From: Bacteroidales bacterium | GTDB taxonomy: Bacteria > Bacteroidota > Bacteroidia > Bacteroidales > Cfx3-03 | Assembly: GCA_023251485.1 (NCBI GenBank) | Contig: JAHEYR010000001.1 | Location: 1 to 62,683 of the forward strand | Direction: 5' to 3' | DNA: 62,683 nucleotides | Shown here: positions 1-8,665 of the stretch, piece by piece | Layout: the number at the start of each line of letters is the position of its first letter | Numbering within the stretch: the first letter of the stretch is position 1 | Program-made: the position numbers and the translations under genes | Notes under the pieces: model-generated | Told to the model about the DNA's origin: nothing | Databases searched by the model: none | What the model saw: only the letters and a program-made list of their open reading frames with translations

Positions 1-146
1 ATGACTAAAGCATCGGCGTTCGCTGGTGTGGAAACATCAGCTGCAGTTAGAGATCCCTGGGGTTGATAGTTAAGAAAATCCTTTTTACATGAGGTAATGA
101 GTACCACAGTCATTAAAAAGATTAGATTTATCGAAATGTATTTCAT
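1..146 (-). CDS. SusD/RagB-family nutrient-binding lipoprotein, N-terminal fragment (continues past the left edge)
   Basis: The reverse strand from the ATG at 146 reads MKYISINLIFLMTVVLITSCKKDFLNYQPQGSL. That is a lipoprotein signal with a lipobox Cys and a SusD-like start. It lies 36 nt downstream of the SusC stop on the same strand. Confidence 0.75.
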   Translation of the reverse strand, partial: MKYISINLIFLMTVVLITSCKKDFLNYQPQGSLTAADVSTPANADALV

Positions 147-182
147 GATTTTAAGTTTTTTAATAATAGTGATATACTAAAA

Positions 183-3100
183 TTAGAAGTTAACAGTTAA
201 GCCAAATGAATAGGTAGTAGGTACAGGAATTTGGCTTGTATTTGTCCTTTCAGGATCAGAACCGATATATCCTGTTGGAGTAAACCAGAATAGATTCTCG
301 CCCTGGAAATATACTCTTAGTTGACTCATCCCCAACTTTTTTATTATTTGAGCAGGAAAGCTATAGCCAAACTGTAGGTTTCTTATTTTGAAATATGAAT
401 TATTTCTAAACATATAGTTCGAAACTCGTAACTCGTTATTATTATTTGACAGTGTAACAGCAGGAATAGAAGAACCTGAATTTTTTGGTGTCCATGCATT
501 TAATGTTCCGGGACCTGCATTATCTCTACTTTGTACAAATAAATCATCTCCGATATAAGGATCTTGACCAATTCTGCCAGCGACTCCTGAACCAAAAATA
601 GCTAAATCAAAATTCTTATAGGCTAGATTTATTCTTACTCCATATTCAAGTTTCGGCAAGGTTGTTCCAAAAAATTCCTGATCTTTTGAATCAATAACAC
701 CATCTTTATTGAGATCTTTATATATTAACCTTCCTACACCTGCTCCGACTTGTTTAGGCGCTGCGTCCACTTGTGCTTGATTTTGAAATATTCCATCAAC
801 GATATATCCAAATATGGCATATTGAGAATGACCCAGAATCGACTGCTCTGCATTTCCAGCATAAGCTGATCTCACTTCTTCTGGTAGTTTGGTGATTTTA
901 TCCTTAGATGCGCCAAAATTCGTAGAGATTCCATAGGATAGGCCATTTTCTAATTTATCAGAATAAGCTAGGGAAAATTCCCATCCTCTGTTATCCTTTG
1001 TTGCTCCATTTACCCATTGTAATTGGCCTTCGCCTACTGCAGAAGCAACTGGTGGTTGAATTAAGATATTGTCGGTTGTTCTTGTAAAGTAATCAAAAGA
1101 ACCGATAAGTTTATTGTTAAAGAATCCAAAATCTACTCCAAGATTTGTTTCTTTGGTAGTTTCCCATTTAAGTGATGCATTTGCTGCCTGGATAGATACA
1201 AATCCGGAAGGAAGTGTTCCTGTATTCGCACCATTTATGTCGTAAGCTGTACCAATGTTATAGTACTGACCGAAAAAGTCCGGGATATAAGTATTTGATG
1301 ATGGACCATATCGAGATTGAAAAAGACCATAATGTGCAACATCACCAATAGACTGATTACCCACTTCGCCATAACCTACTCTTAGTTTAAGATTGGATAT
1401 TTCTGAAATGTCTTTCATAAAAGACTCATTATTAATTTTCCAACCTAAAGTTGCTGCGGGAAAAATACCATATTGATTGTTTGTTCCAAAACGGGATGAA
1501 CCATCTCGTCTTACTGTAACAGAGGCTAAATACTTATCATTAAAGTTATAACCAATTTTACCGAATTGCGATAACAGGCTACTTCCTGTAGCAGATCCAT
1601 CTGTAGTTCTTTGACCAGAAGCGGCACCTAAAACAAAGTATGCTTCTGTTTCAACAGAAAATCCATGAGCTGTAGATATCACACTATTACTGGTAGTATT
1701 AATGGCTTCAGTACCGGCGAGAATTTCAAATTTACTTTTACCTAATTTGAAATTGTAGCTAAGTGTATTCGTAAAAGTTAAGCTTGAATAATTTGTGGTG
1801 CTTATCGTTAAACTGTTATCGGTTCTATTGACAGATCCGTTTGATATGGTTGGCTCAATATTCTTTTGATTATAGGCATTGTAATCAAGACCAACACTTG
1901 ACCTGAATACTAAATTATCGATAATTTTTAATTCTCCATAAGCATTACCAAAAATACCTGTATTAGCGGTATTGTCCCATCTATTGGCATACTGCATTAA
2001 TACAGGGTTATTTCTATCCGAGTATCCACCACCTTCAGGTCCGCCATATATTCCATTTAACCCATATAATGGAATAGTTGGGGCTAATGAAATCGCCAGA
2101 CCCGGAGTCCATGCACTTCCAATATCCTGGCAAGCATTGGTTTCGTTAGAGTTTGAAAACTGAGAATTTACACCCAGTTTTAATCTTCCATTAAATAATT
2201 TAAAATTAGCATTCAGCTTTCCACTATATCGGTCATAATTGGTATATTTTAAGATACCGGTATTCTTAATATATCCAAAATTTGCAAGAACAAATGCATC
2301 ATCTGATCCTCCGGAAACTGTAAAATCGTTATTGGTAACATAACCTGTTTTATAAGTGGCTGCTTGCCAATCGGTATTGCCTGCGGGCATGTTTTTATCA
2401 CCGCCTACATAAGGGTTTACAGTTACACTGGTAAGTATTGGGTTATTATAATCATGATTCCAGTTAAAAGTATAAATATCGCCATAGCCAGCAGTTGGAT
2501 CAGTATGGTCGTTCACACTTGCCTGCCATAATACCTTTCCTCTTTCTAAAGAACTTAACATTTTATAACGCTCAGATTTTTCGGATAAAATGGAAACATT
2601 TGTATTATAGGTGATGTTAAATTTTGCACCTCCTTTAGAACTGGTTTTTGTTGTAACAATGATTACACCGTTAGCAGCTCTGGATCCATATATTGAAGAA
2701 GCAGAAGCATCTTTCAATACTTGAATGGATTCAATTGTACTTGGATTTAAACTTGCAAAAACCTCAGGTCTTGTAGTCGGAACGCCATCAATGATATACA
2801 ATGGATGAGTATCGCCTAGCGTGTTTACACCTCTGATCAGAACTGAAGCACTAGCACCTGATGGATTTCCGGATTTCTCAATATATAAACCAGGAATATT
2901 TCCCTGCAATGCTTGCATTACATTTCCAGAGCTTAAACTCTGTGTTGCGATTTTCTTCATCTCAACAACAGATATTGCACCAGTAACATCAACTTTCTTT
3001 TGTGATGAGTACCCAACAACAATTACTTCATTAAGTGATTGAGCCTTCTCTTGAAGCATTATTGAAAGGTTTGTTTTGCCATTTATCTGTACTTCCTGGC

Positions 3101-3368
3101 TGGCATATCCTACATAAGAAAAAGAGAGCGTTGCACTCTTCAAAACAGAGATTGTAAATTTTCCAAGGTTGTCTGTAAGAACACCATTTGTGGTTCCTTT
3201 TTCCATAACAGTAACACCCGGCATTGATATTCCTGCCTTTTCATCTTTTACTGTTCCTGAAACAGAAATTTTTTGTGCTGATATTCCAGAAGTTAAAATA
3301 CCTAGGACCAAAAGCAATAGTAGCTTTCGATAGGCTGTCCTGAATTTAAAATTGTAACAAGTTTTCAT
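183..3368 (-). CDS. SusC-type TonB-dependent outer-membrane transporter
   Basis: There is a signal peptide, then a carboxypeptidase-regulatory-like domain (ISVSGTVKDEKAGISMPGVTVMEKGTTNGVLTD). A TonB box follows (NEVIVVGY), then a plug and a large barrel ending in TVNF. The track ORF begins at a TTG at 3431. The ATG at 3368 (MKTCYNFKF..LLLLVLGIL) is the more plausible start. Confidence 0.92.
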   Translation of the reverse strand: MKTCYNFKFRTAYRKLLLLLVLGILTSGISAQKISVSGTVKDEKAGISMPGVTVMEKGTTNGVLTDNLGKFTISVLKSATLSFSYVGYASQEVQINGKTNLSIMLQEKAQSLNEVIVVGYSSQKKVDVTGAISVVEMKKIATQSLSSGNVMQALQGNIPGLYIEKSGNPSGASASVLIRGVNTLGDTHPLYIIDGVPTTRPEVFASLNPSTIESIQVLKDASASSIYGSRAANGVIIVTTKTSSKGGAKFNITYNTNVSILSEKSERYKMLSSLERGKVLWQASVNDHTDPTAGYGDIYTFNWNHDYNNPILTSVTVNPYVGGDKNMPAGNTDWQAATYKTGYVTNNDFTVSGGSDDAFVLANFGYIKNTGILKYTNYDRYSGKLNANFKLFNGRLKLGVNSQFSNSNETNACQDIGSAWTPGLAISLAPTIPLYGLNGIYGGPEGGGYSDRNNPVLMQYANRWDNTANTGIFGNAYGELKIIDNLVFRSSVGLDYNAYNQKNIEPTISNGSVNRTDNSLTISTTNYSSLTFTNTLSYNFKLGKSKFEILAGTEAINTTSNSVISTAHGFSVETEAYFVLGAASGQRTTDGSATGSSLLSQFGKIGYNFNDKYLASVTVRRDGSSRFGTNNQYGIFPAATLGWKINNESFMKDISEISNLKLRVGYGEVGNQSIGDVAHYGLFQSRYGPSSNTYIPDFFGQYYNIGTAYDINGANTGTLPSGFVSIQAANASLKWETTKETNLGVDFGFFNNKLIGSFDYFTRTTDNILIQPPVASAVGEGQLQWVNGATKDNRGWEFSLAYSDKLENGLSYGISTNFGASKDKITKLPEEVRSAYAGNAEQSILGHSQYAIFGYIVDGIFQNQAQVDAAPKQVGAGVGRLIYKDLNKDGVIDSKDQEFFGTTLPKLEYGVRINLAYKNFDLAIFGSGVAGRIGQDPYIGDDLFVQSRDNAGPGTLNAWTPKNSGSSIPAVTLSNNNNELRVSNYMFRNNSYFKIRNLQFGYSFPAQIIKKLGMSQLRVYFQGENLFWFTPTGYIGSDPERTNTSQIPVPTTYSFGLTVNF

Positions 3369-3473
3369 AAATAAATGATTAGTTTTAAAATTTAATGTAA
3401 ATTTTACTCCAGACTTTGTTAATAAGATCAATATCCCAATTTATTAAGGATATACGTTGTCATGATTTTTCCA

Positions 3474-4361
3474 TTATAAAAAGGTTGTATTTTGAATCAC
3501 ATCTCTTGTATACATTGGTGTGGCTCCCGCCTGTGAAGTGACATAAGCTCCAATGGCACAAGCCTCCTTGAGTGCCTGAGGTACAATCTTTTTGTCGAAT
3601 AGTGCCGCAAGAAAACCAGCAAGAAAAGCGTCTCCGGCACCTACAGTATCAACTGTAGCTACCTTAAATCCTTTGTGGTGGTATAGTTCATTTTCATGGA
3701 GTACAGAGGCGCCGTCTTTTCCCATGGTCATGATAAGGGTCTTCAGATTCAATAAAATGTATAGCGATTTCATCCGTTCTTCAAGCGTTCCCGATAAGTT
3801 ATACCAATCAGTGATTGTAATCAACTCATCATCATTCAGCTTTACGATATCGGATTTTTTTAGAAGGGTTTTAACAATTTCTTCAGTATCGAAAGGAGGT
3901 CTGAGATTTACATCCATAATCTTCAGGATGTCATTTTCCAGTAATTTCATCAACGTATTCCGGGTTGTAGCGTTACGCGAAGCCAGCGAACCAAAAACAA
4001 TTGCCTTCGATGCCAGTACTTCTTCAAATAGTTCCTGATTAAGCGATATTTCATCCCATGCAACCGGTTCGCAAATCTCATAAGTTGCGCTGTTGTGTTC
4101 GTCCAGATGAACCAATACCTCGCTCGTAGGTAAAGATTCATGATGCTGGATCAGATCTGTTCTTAACCCTGATGTTTCAAGAAAAGTAATCAGGTCGGCT
4201 CCTTTTTTGTCGTTTCCAATACTGCTTGTTACAGTTGCATTGATGCCAAATCTGGTTAAATGAAGCGCTACATTCATCGGTGCTCCTCCCGGACGAGCAC
4301 CAGATGGCAGATTGTCCCATAAGATCTCACCGAAACATAAAACTTTGTCGTTCTTTTTCAT
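3474..4361 (-). CDS. PfkB-family fructokinase
   Basis: N-terminus VLCFGEILWDNLPSGARPGGAPMNVALHL and C-terminal DTVGAGDAF motif are typical of Bacteroides fructokinases in the PfkB family. Confidence 0.85.
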   Translation of the reverse strand: MKKNDKVLCFGEILWDNLPSGARPGGAPMNVALHLTRFGINATVTSSIGNDKKGADLITFLETSGLRTDLIQHHESLPTSEVLVHLDEHNSATYEICEPVAWDEISLNQELFEEVLASKAIVFGSLASRNATTRNTLMKLLENDILKIMDVNLRPPFDTEEIVKTLLKKSDIVKLNDDELITITDWYNLSGTLEERMKSLYILLNLKTLIMTMGKDGASVLHENELYHHKGFKVATVDTVGAGDAFLAGFLAALFDKKIVPQALKEACAIGAYVTSQAGATPMYTRDVIQNTTFL

Positions 4362-4366
4362 GTCTC

Positions 4367-5746
4367 TTACTTGTTATTGTTTTTATTTCTTCTTTCTGTC
4401 AATTCGATTTGAATTTGTTCAAGCGATTTCCCTTTTGTTTCAGGAATAACTTTCCATGCAAAGATGAAATGAAGAACCATCATGAAAGCGAAAAAGGCAA
4501 AGATGGCACCACCACCAATAGCGGGTGAATTAGTGACAATAGGGAAGGTCCAGCTAACCACCGCTGCCATTACCCAATGTGTAAAACTGCCAAGTGCCTG
4601 TCCCTTCGAACGAACTTTATTTGGAAATATCTCAGAGATAAATACCCATAGTACAGCTCCTTGCGAAACAGCAAAAAATGCAATGAATCCAATAAGATAG
4701 AACATCACGGAGTAACCATTAAAAGAGGCGCTATAGAATGCATTTGAAATTAATCCCAGAAAAACGATCATTCCGATCGATCCAACCATTAATAATGTTC
4801 TGCGTCCAACTTTATCAATCAGGAATAAAGCCAGTAGCGTAAATAGAAGGTTTGTTCCACCAATAGCAATAGACTGAAGTAATGCAGTATTAGCTGTTAA
4901 ACCGGTCATCTCAAAAATACGCGGAGCATAATAGATAATGGCATTTATACCTGCCAACTGATTAAACATGGCAATTAAAATCGTACAGATAACAGGAAAA
5001 AAGTGTTCCTTACTAAAAAGGTTTGTACTCGATTTGCTTTTATCCTCATTCATCGAATCTACTATTTGCGCTACTTCATTTTGTGGGTCTTCAAAACCCA
5101 GATGTACAAAAACATCAGTAGCTTCCTGAACCTTATTCTTCAATACTAACCAGCGTGGACTGGCAGGTACTTTAAATAATAGAAGGAAGAAGATGAATGC
5201 CGGAACAGCTTCTACAGCAATCATAGTACGCCATGCATCGGGTGCAATCAGCTTAGCAATAAAGTAGTTCGATAAATAAGCAGCCAGAATAGCTGTTACA
5301 ACATTAAACTGATTAAAGGCCACCAGTTTTCCACGTATTTTAGCAGGTGAAATTTCTGCTATATACATTGGTACAACTACAGAGATACCTCCAACAATTA
5401 ATCCCTGAATAAAACGGAAGAATAAAAGCATACTCCAATTGATCGATGAAGCACTTCCGATGGCGGCTAATGTAAAGATGAGGGCCAATGCCTGTAAGGT
5501 CTTTCTGCGACCAAATCTATCACTTGGCTTTCCAATAATCGTTGTGCCAATAATCGTACCTATTAATGCGATGGCGACAGTAAAGCCCAATTCGAATTTT
5601 GATAATTGAAATAGTGTTTCAAGGGCTGCTGTGGTTCCTGATATTACAGCAATATCGAAACCAAACAAAAATCCCCCCAAGGCAATTACAATTGCATTTA
5701 AAGATGCTCTGTTGTTTTTGTTCATTATAGTTTGAGTTTGAGACAT
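4367..5746 (-). CDS. MFS sugar-porter family transporter (hexose/fructose importer)
   Basis: 12-TM profile with sugar-porter motifs (GKPSDRFGRRKT, PASPRWL, IDKVGRR). It sits 5 nt upstream of the fructokinase gene. Confidence 0.88.
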   Translation of the reverse strand: MSQTQTIMNKNNRASLNAIVIALGGFLFGFDIAVISGTTAALETLFQLSKFELGFTVAIALIGTIIGTTIIGKPSDRFGRRKTLQALALIFTLAAIGSASSINWSMLLFFRFIQGLIVGGISVVVPMYIAEISPAKIRGKLVAFNQFNVVTAILAAYLSNYFIAKLIAPDAWRTMIAVEAVPAFIFFLLLFKVPASPRWLVLKNKVQEATDVFVHLGFEDPQNEVAQIVDSMNEDKSKSSTNLFSKEHFFPVICTILIAMFNQLAGINAIIYYAPRIFEMTGLTANTALLQSIAIGGTNLLFTLLALFLIDKVGRRTLLMVGSIGMIVFLGLISNAFYSASFNGYSVMFYLIGFIAFFAVSQGAVLWVFISEIFPNKVRSKGQALGSFTHWVMAAVVSWTFPIVTNSPAIGGGAIFAFFAFMMVLHFIFAWKVIPETKGKSLEQIQIELTERRNKNNNK

Positions 5747-5969
5747 TTTTCTTGTTTTGATTTCACAAATCTATTCCACCAATCAAAAAAAGCCATACAC
5801 TGATGTTACCAATGCTTGTACAATTGATACATTTGCATTTTATACCTTCAATTCTATCAATCATGTTACATTTTGTGATCCTTGTTACATCATTGTATAG
5901 AAATAAAGCAGTTTAAAGATTATCCAAAACACAGTATGTCGATTTTCAATCATTATAAAAGAGGTTAAA

Positions 5970-8360
5970 ATGATACATCATCATCTTCGTAAGGTTATAT
6001 TCCTTATTGCAATCGGTTTCATTAGTTTGGCTGGATATGGCCAAAAGGTATTAAAAGCAGATAAGGCATTAACGTTACAAAGTGTTTGGCCTACAAATCA
6101 AAAGGTAACTCCTGCTGATTGGGTGGTACCACAAAGTGGAACAGCACTCTGTCGATGGTTCTTTTTTAACTCGGCCTGCCGTCCGTTTGGAATGGTGAAT
6201 CTAAGTCCTGATACCCGTACGGGTGGAGATTGGGAGAATGGCTATCTATATAATGATACCAAAATAAGATGTTTTAGTCATGTTCATGGTTGGCAGTTAT
6301 ACGGAGTGGCTGTAATGCCCTTTACCGGTTCTCCAAAAGGCCATCTGGGAATGAGTAGTTATCAGTCAACCTTTAGTCATGCTGATGAAGAAGTGCATCC
6401 AGGATACCATAAAGTGAAATTGCAGACTTACGATATCACAGTCGAGCTCACTTCTACCATGAGAGTTGGGATGCATCGCTATACTTTTCCTGCAGACTCC
6501 ATTCCAGGTATTTATTTCGATTTAGGTGCTACTTTAATGGATACGATCTCTTTTAGTTCTGTGAAAAAAATCAATGATACTGAGATAGAAGGTTGTGCCG
6601 TGATGGCTCCTACTTCGCGTCGTCCTAAACCATTTACAGTATATTTTGTGGCGCAGTTTAATCGCCCTATCACCCAATTTAGTGGCTGGATAAAAGGCAA
6701 ATTAAAAGATGGATCTTTCAATGAGGTTGCCGGTAAAGATGCCGGTGCCTGGGTTCGATTTCAAAAGGATAAAAGCCCACTCTTGATGAAGGTGGCTATC
6801 TCATATACCGGGGTAGAAGGTGCACGAAACAATATGAGGGGGGAATTGGCTCATTGGGATTTCAATCGCGTAGTCAATGAATCGCGCAATGAGTGGAACC
6901 AAAGTCTAAGCAACATCACGGTAGAAACAGCTGATAACAAAGTTAAAACACGTTTCTATACTGATTTATGGCACTCTTTATTGGGTCGACGTGTCATTAG
7001 CGATCTGGATGGTTCTTATCCCGACAATACCGGGAATGCAACTTTAATCAAGCACGTTCGGTTAGATAGTAACGGAAAGCCACTATTCAATCACCATAAC
7101 TTCGATGCACTCTGGGGCGCCCATTGGTCAATCAATCTTTTATGGTCAATGGCCTATCCAAAGGTGATGGACGAATTCTGCAACACTATGGTTGATATGT
7201 ATCGCGATGGTGGACTCATTCCTCGTGGTCCTTCCGGTGGCAATTACACATATGTAATGATTGGCGATCCTGCCGCCTCTTTCTTTGCAGCTGCCTATAA
7301 CAAAGGAATTCGCAACTGGAATGTCGAAAAAGCATGGGAGGGGTTGCGCAAGAATGCATTCACCGGAGGTATTCGCGATCATGCCGGATACGAACACAGT
7401 CGTAATGAGGCAGAAGGCGGTGGCATAAAATATTATGTGGAGCGTGGATATGTACCGGAAGGTATTGAAGGCAAAGGAATGCATAAAGACGGGGCTTCGA
7501 TGACATTGGAATACGCCTATCAGGATTGGTGTCTGGCAGAGTTAGCTATATCGCTAAATAAAACCGACGATGCGAAATTATTCCATCAACGGGCGCTCAA
7601 TTATAGGAATATATGGGATAGCACCATTAATTACATGCACCCACGTAATCTTGATGGATCATGGATCGCCAATTTCCAGCCGGTAGTTAGTAAAGAAAAG
7701 ACATTTTCAGCTCTTGGATTTTGTGAGGCCACAGGTGCTATCTACACTCATTATGTTCCACAAGATCCTTATGGGCTAATCAAGCTATTTGGTAGTAAGA
7801 CGAAATATGTTGAAGCATTGAACAGCCAGTTCGAAAAGGCACAAAAGAATAGATTTGTAGCACCTATTGGTAATCATGCTATGGCCTGGGTTGATTATGG
7901 AAACCAACCATCAACAGGCATGGCGCAAATGTTTAATTATGCCGGAGCTCCTTGGCTAACTCAGAAATGGACCCGGCTGGTTCGCGATTCTGTCTTCAGC
8001 GATATCACACCGGCACATGGTTATCATGGCGATGAAGATCAGGGCATGATGGGATCGGTAGCTGCACTCATGGCAATTGGCCTGACGGATGAACAGGGTG
8101 GAGCTGCCCAAAAGCCAACCTATCAGATTACTGCTCCTCTTTTTGATAAAGTGACGATTAAGCTTGATCCGGCCTACTATCCCGGCAAAACATTTACGAT
8201 AATCACCCATAATGCAGGACCTGAAAATATTTATATCCAGTCTGCTAAGTTGAATGGCAAACCGCTGAATACCTTTTGGTTCTATCATTCTGATTTTGTA
8301 AAAGGCGGAACACTAGAGCTTGTTTTAGGTTCGGAACCTAACAAGCAGTGGGGATTATAG
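5970..8360 (+). CDS. Glycoside hydrolase family 92-like (alpha-mannosidase family), secreted
   Basis: Signal peptide. RPFGMVNLSPDT..GYLYNDTKIRCFSHVHG resembles the GH92 PFGMVQLSPDT..GFSHTH block. GDEDQGMMGSVAALMAIGL resembles the GH92 N(D/E)DxGQMSAW block. Its HVHGWQ differs from the usual HTHLSGTG. Confidence 0.68.
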   Translation: MIHHHLRKVIFLIAIGFISLAGYGQKVLKADKALTLQSVWPTNQKVTPADWVVPQSGTALCRWFFFNSACRPFGMVNLSPDTRTGGDWENGYLYNDTKIRCFSHVHGWQLYGVAVMPFTGSPKGHLGMSSYQSTFSHADEEVHPGYHKVKLQTYDITVELTSTMRVGMHRYTFPADSIPGIYFDLGATLMDTISFSSVKKINDTEIEGCAVMAPTSRRPKPFTVYFVAQFNRPITQFSGWIKGKLKDGSFNEVAGKDAGAWVRFQKDKSPLLMKVAISYTGVEGARNNMRGELAHWDFNRVVNESRNEWNQSLSNITVETADNKVKTRFYTDLWHSLLGRRVISDLDGSYPDNTGNATLIKHVRLDSNGKPLFNHHNFDALWGAHWSINLLWSMAYPKVMDEFCNTMVDMYRDGGLIPRGPSGGNYTYVMIGDPAASFFAAAYNKGIRNWNVEKAWEGLRKNAFTGGIRDHAGYEHSRNEAEGGGIKYYVERGYVPEGIEGKGMHKDGASMTLEYAYQDWCLAELAISLNKTDDAKLFHQRALNYRNIWDSTINYMHPRNLDGSWIANFQPVVSKEKTFSALGFCEATGAIYTHYVPQDPYGLIKLFGSKTKYVEALNSQFEKAQKNRFVAPIGNHAMAWVDYGNQPSTGMAQMFNYAGAPWLTQKWTRLVRDSVFSDITPAHGYHGDEDQGMMGSVAALMAIGLTDEQGGAAQKPTYQITAPLFDKVTIKLDPAYYPGKTFTIITHNAGPENIYIQSAKLNGKPLNTFWFYHSDFVKGGTLELVLGSEPNKQWGL

Positions 8361-8665
8361 AGATTATTTAGTTAATTTTGTTATTTCAATTAAGTGTATC
8401 TAAAATGAACAATAATCTGCAACTGCTTTTTGCCTAAAATAATAAACAGAAAGCAATGGATATAAGCTGCTCTTGTGATTCGATAATTCGACTAAGAGTA
8501 TGGTCTTTAATACACCAATAGCATCATAGGTGTCAGTAGATGATAATGATAGGCAATAACAGTAATATGTTATAAATTTCTTTCAGGTTTACAAAATGAA
8601 GAAAAGGTAAAAACAATGATTCTCCTTTTTAAACTATTCTAACTTATTTTACTAAACAGCAAATA

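Noticed and set aside
3592-4038. 148-aa plus-strand ORF antisense to the fructokinase gene
   Set aside because: It lies wholly inside a well-supported minus-strand CDS. The Ser/Thr/Phe-rich low-complexity translation is typical of an antisense frame, and I saw no start context or recognisable motif.
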